Source of the DNA: Felis catus
Lineage: Eukaryota
DNA: 64,000 nt
Direction of reading: 5' to 3'
Assembly (NCBI RefSeq): GCF_018350175.1
Contig: NC_058383.1
Location: forward strand, 2,356,001-2,420,000
A program made the position numbers and the translations under genes. Positions within the stretch are counted from its first letter, which is position 1, and each line of letters begins with the position of its first letter. The notes beneath the pieces are model-generated. The model was not told the DNA's origin. It was given only the letters and a program-made list of their open reading frames with translations, and ran no database searches. Shown piece after piece: positions 61,947 to 64,000 of this stretch.

Positions 61947-62747
61947 AGTCTTAAAGATCATCCTGTCCAAACTGCCCTTCTCATCAGGTGTATAAAATAA
62001 AAACCAGCTTGCAAACGACTGACAAGGTTCCACACAAGGGCCACCCAGAGCTGGGCTCTCTTTCACTGTGTCACCATCTCTGATTGGAGAGCGGTGAGTG
62101 ATAGAATAAGCGATTTGCGAACGTTATGTCATCTGGTTGTACAGATAACGTTAGCACACCTATGAGAACGCCGGGCACTGGGGAGGTTTGGAGAGGAAGT
62201 TGGAGACGGAAAAGATACATTCTTTGTGTCAAGAAACTTGCACGTAAGTTAGGGAGCCAGGCTGCTCAAGTCCCCGAGCACAGGGAACGCTAGGGGAATC
62301 CCTAGTTTCTGCCACAGAACCAGGGTCTTGAAGGATCTAAACTCCCCAGGGACCTTGAGTGCTGATGGATATGTGGCATGTCATTTATTGAGGCGTGAAT
62401 TTGTATCACTTATGAGTCAACACACCATCTAGTACTCTGTCATCCTTCACAAATGATGGAGAAAGTCTTGTTTCTTTGTAAAAATACCCTTCCACAGAAA
62501 GACGCACGCTAGTGTTATAACAGAAGTAGAAAGTCGGAGGCCTCAGAAAGCAATGTGTCTGAAAGAGAAAATAGGAATTTTGAACAATTAAACAGGAAAA
62601 TGTAGAATTCAGCAGTGGACCAGAGTGAGCTCTTCATTCAGTTAAGAGAGACTGTGAAAAGGTGATTCACAAAACACTTAGCACTTAGCAAGTGCTCCAG
62701 ACAACATTTACAAACAAATTTATATCTTTATAAATAACTTTATGTCT

Positions 62748-62964
62748 GGGGCACCGGGGTGGCTCAGTCGGTTAAGTGTCCGACTTTAACTCAGGTCATA
62801 ATCTTGTGGTTCGTGAGTTTGAGCCCCGCGTCCGGCTCTGCACTGAGCGTGTGGTGCCTGCTTCAGATTCTGTGTCTCCCTCTCTCTCTGTCCCTCCCCT
62901 GCGCACACTCTGTCTCTCTGTCTTTCTCTCTCAAAAAGAAATAAACATTAAAAATTTTTTAAAT
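62748..62964 (+). mobile_element. Can-SINE with 17-bp TSD
   Basis: TSD TAAATAACTTTATGTCT at 62731-62747 and 62965-62981. Confidence 0.93.
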
Positions 62965-63339
62965 TAAATAACTTTATGTCTGTGTTGATGCAATTATTAC
63001 ATAGTGTCCAGTTTGGGGTTTTGACAAGGTTTCTGGACATATCCTTTAGATGTGCCATAGGGTTCACGTGCTTGAAGTAAACAAGCTGATCTGTGTGCTT
63101 AAGAACAATCTCTTAATTATCCCCTACATATGTATGACATGTTATGGTTTTTGAAGTGCTTCCACATACACGGCCTTCTCATTTGTCCTGTGAACACTGC
63201 TGGGAGGGAGGCAAGGCAGAGACGACTGTGATCCCTGGATCCCAGGGAGTTAATGTCGCGTGTCAGGGGAAGCACAGTAATTTACAGAAGCCGGGTTGGA
63301 AACCTGGCCCAGTATATTCCCCATGCACAATATGAAGTG

Positions 63340-63520
63340 GATGAAAGCTGGACTCTACCACCTACTAGCTGTGTGACCTTGATCAACTCACTTAACCTCT
63401 CTGAGACTTACTTTCTTGATCTGTAATATCAGGAAAAAATAGGGCTCTGATAAATGTTAAACAAGTTAACACACATAAGGCCCTAATACATAGTGGGCAT
63501 TCGGTAATTTCCAACATTAT
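63340..63520. mobile_element. MIR
   Basis: ctactagctgtgtgaccttgatcaactcacttaacctctctgag, the MIR core. Confidence 0.75.
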
Positions 63521-64000
63521 GGTTATTATCATGGAGCTTGGGGAATCAAGTACTACAAATTTAGAATAATAATACTGGCGTGATGATGAATAGTCCGTAA
63601 GGACAAGGTACTGTACGATATTAAAATGCAAAACCTTAAATATAGGTACAGCCTTAGAGATGAAATAACATATAGCTCCCAAAGAGAATAAGCAAGGCCC
63701 AAATTTGTGAACAGATGGCCACCACGTGTTTAAAAATTGGTAGAGGGGTGGGAGAGGTGGCCTGAATGCCCCTCCTAACTTATGTTCGATTCCACCTCCT
63801 GAGCTCGGGGGCAGCCAGGAGGGAGGGTCCAATGGCAGGGCCTGGAATGCATATGCGGAGTGGTGAGCTCTTCTGGAATCTCTAGAAAAGAGAATAGCCA
63901 CAGGACTCATTTTCCAGCCCGGTGGGAGTGAGGGGCTCAGCAGCTCCAAGGCCTGGGATAAGGTCCAGAACTCTGCGGTTCCCAAAAGGAATAAAGTCCT

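Noticed and set aside
1..64000. CRISPR array, operon, prokaryotic insert or other novel multi-gene system
   Set aside because: No regularly spaced repeat-spacer array, no gene-dense or foreign-composition segment; everything seen fits one mammalian gene plus interspersed repeats.

Overview
Mammalian genomic DNA from a cat-family species, judged by many tRNA-derived Can-SINEs, several of the young felid SINEC_Fc type. The window holds the 5' part of GNA12 (G-protein alpha-12) on the minus strand: a CpG-island promoter rich in CCAAT and GC boxes (~59430-61000), coding exon 1 (60159-60470, 104 codons), a 43.7-kb intron 1, coding exon 2 (16269-16484, 216 nt) and the first 16 kb of intron 2. The later exons lie outside the window. 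The rest is repeats (about 27 SINEs, old L1M fragments, L2, MIR, Tigger and hAT-Charlie DNA-transposon fossils, two solo LTRs, microsatellites) and GC/CpG-rich intronic patches. Nearly all ORF-track entries are repeat or GC shadows. I see no convincing new multi-gene system. The best leads are: (1) ancient transposon fossils locally rewritten AT->GC, consistent with GC-biased gene conversion; (2) a Met-Ala-stop uORF in frame with, and 6 nt before, the GNA12 start; (3) a symmetric, stop-free exon 2 flanked by inverted SINEs (circRNA/rolling-circle ORF candidate); (4) a candidate poison exon ~1.1 kb into intron 1; (5) a promoter-like NRF1/ETS/GC-box cluster inside intron 1; (6) two SINEs inserted successively at the same target site. 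Repeat subfamily names and the human comparison come from recalled consensus sequences, not from a search.
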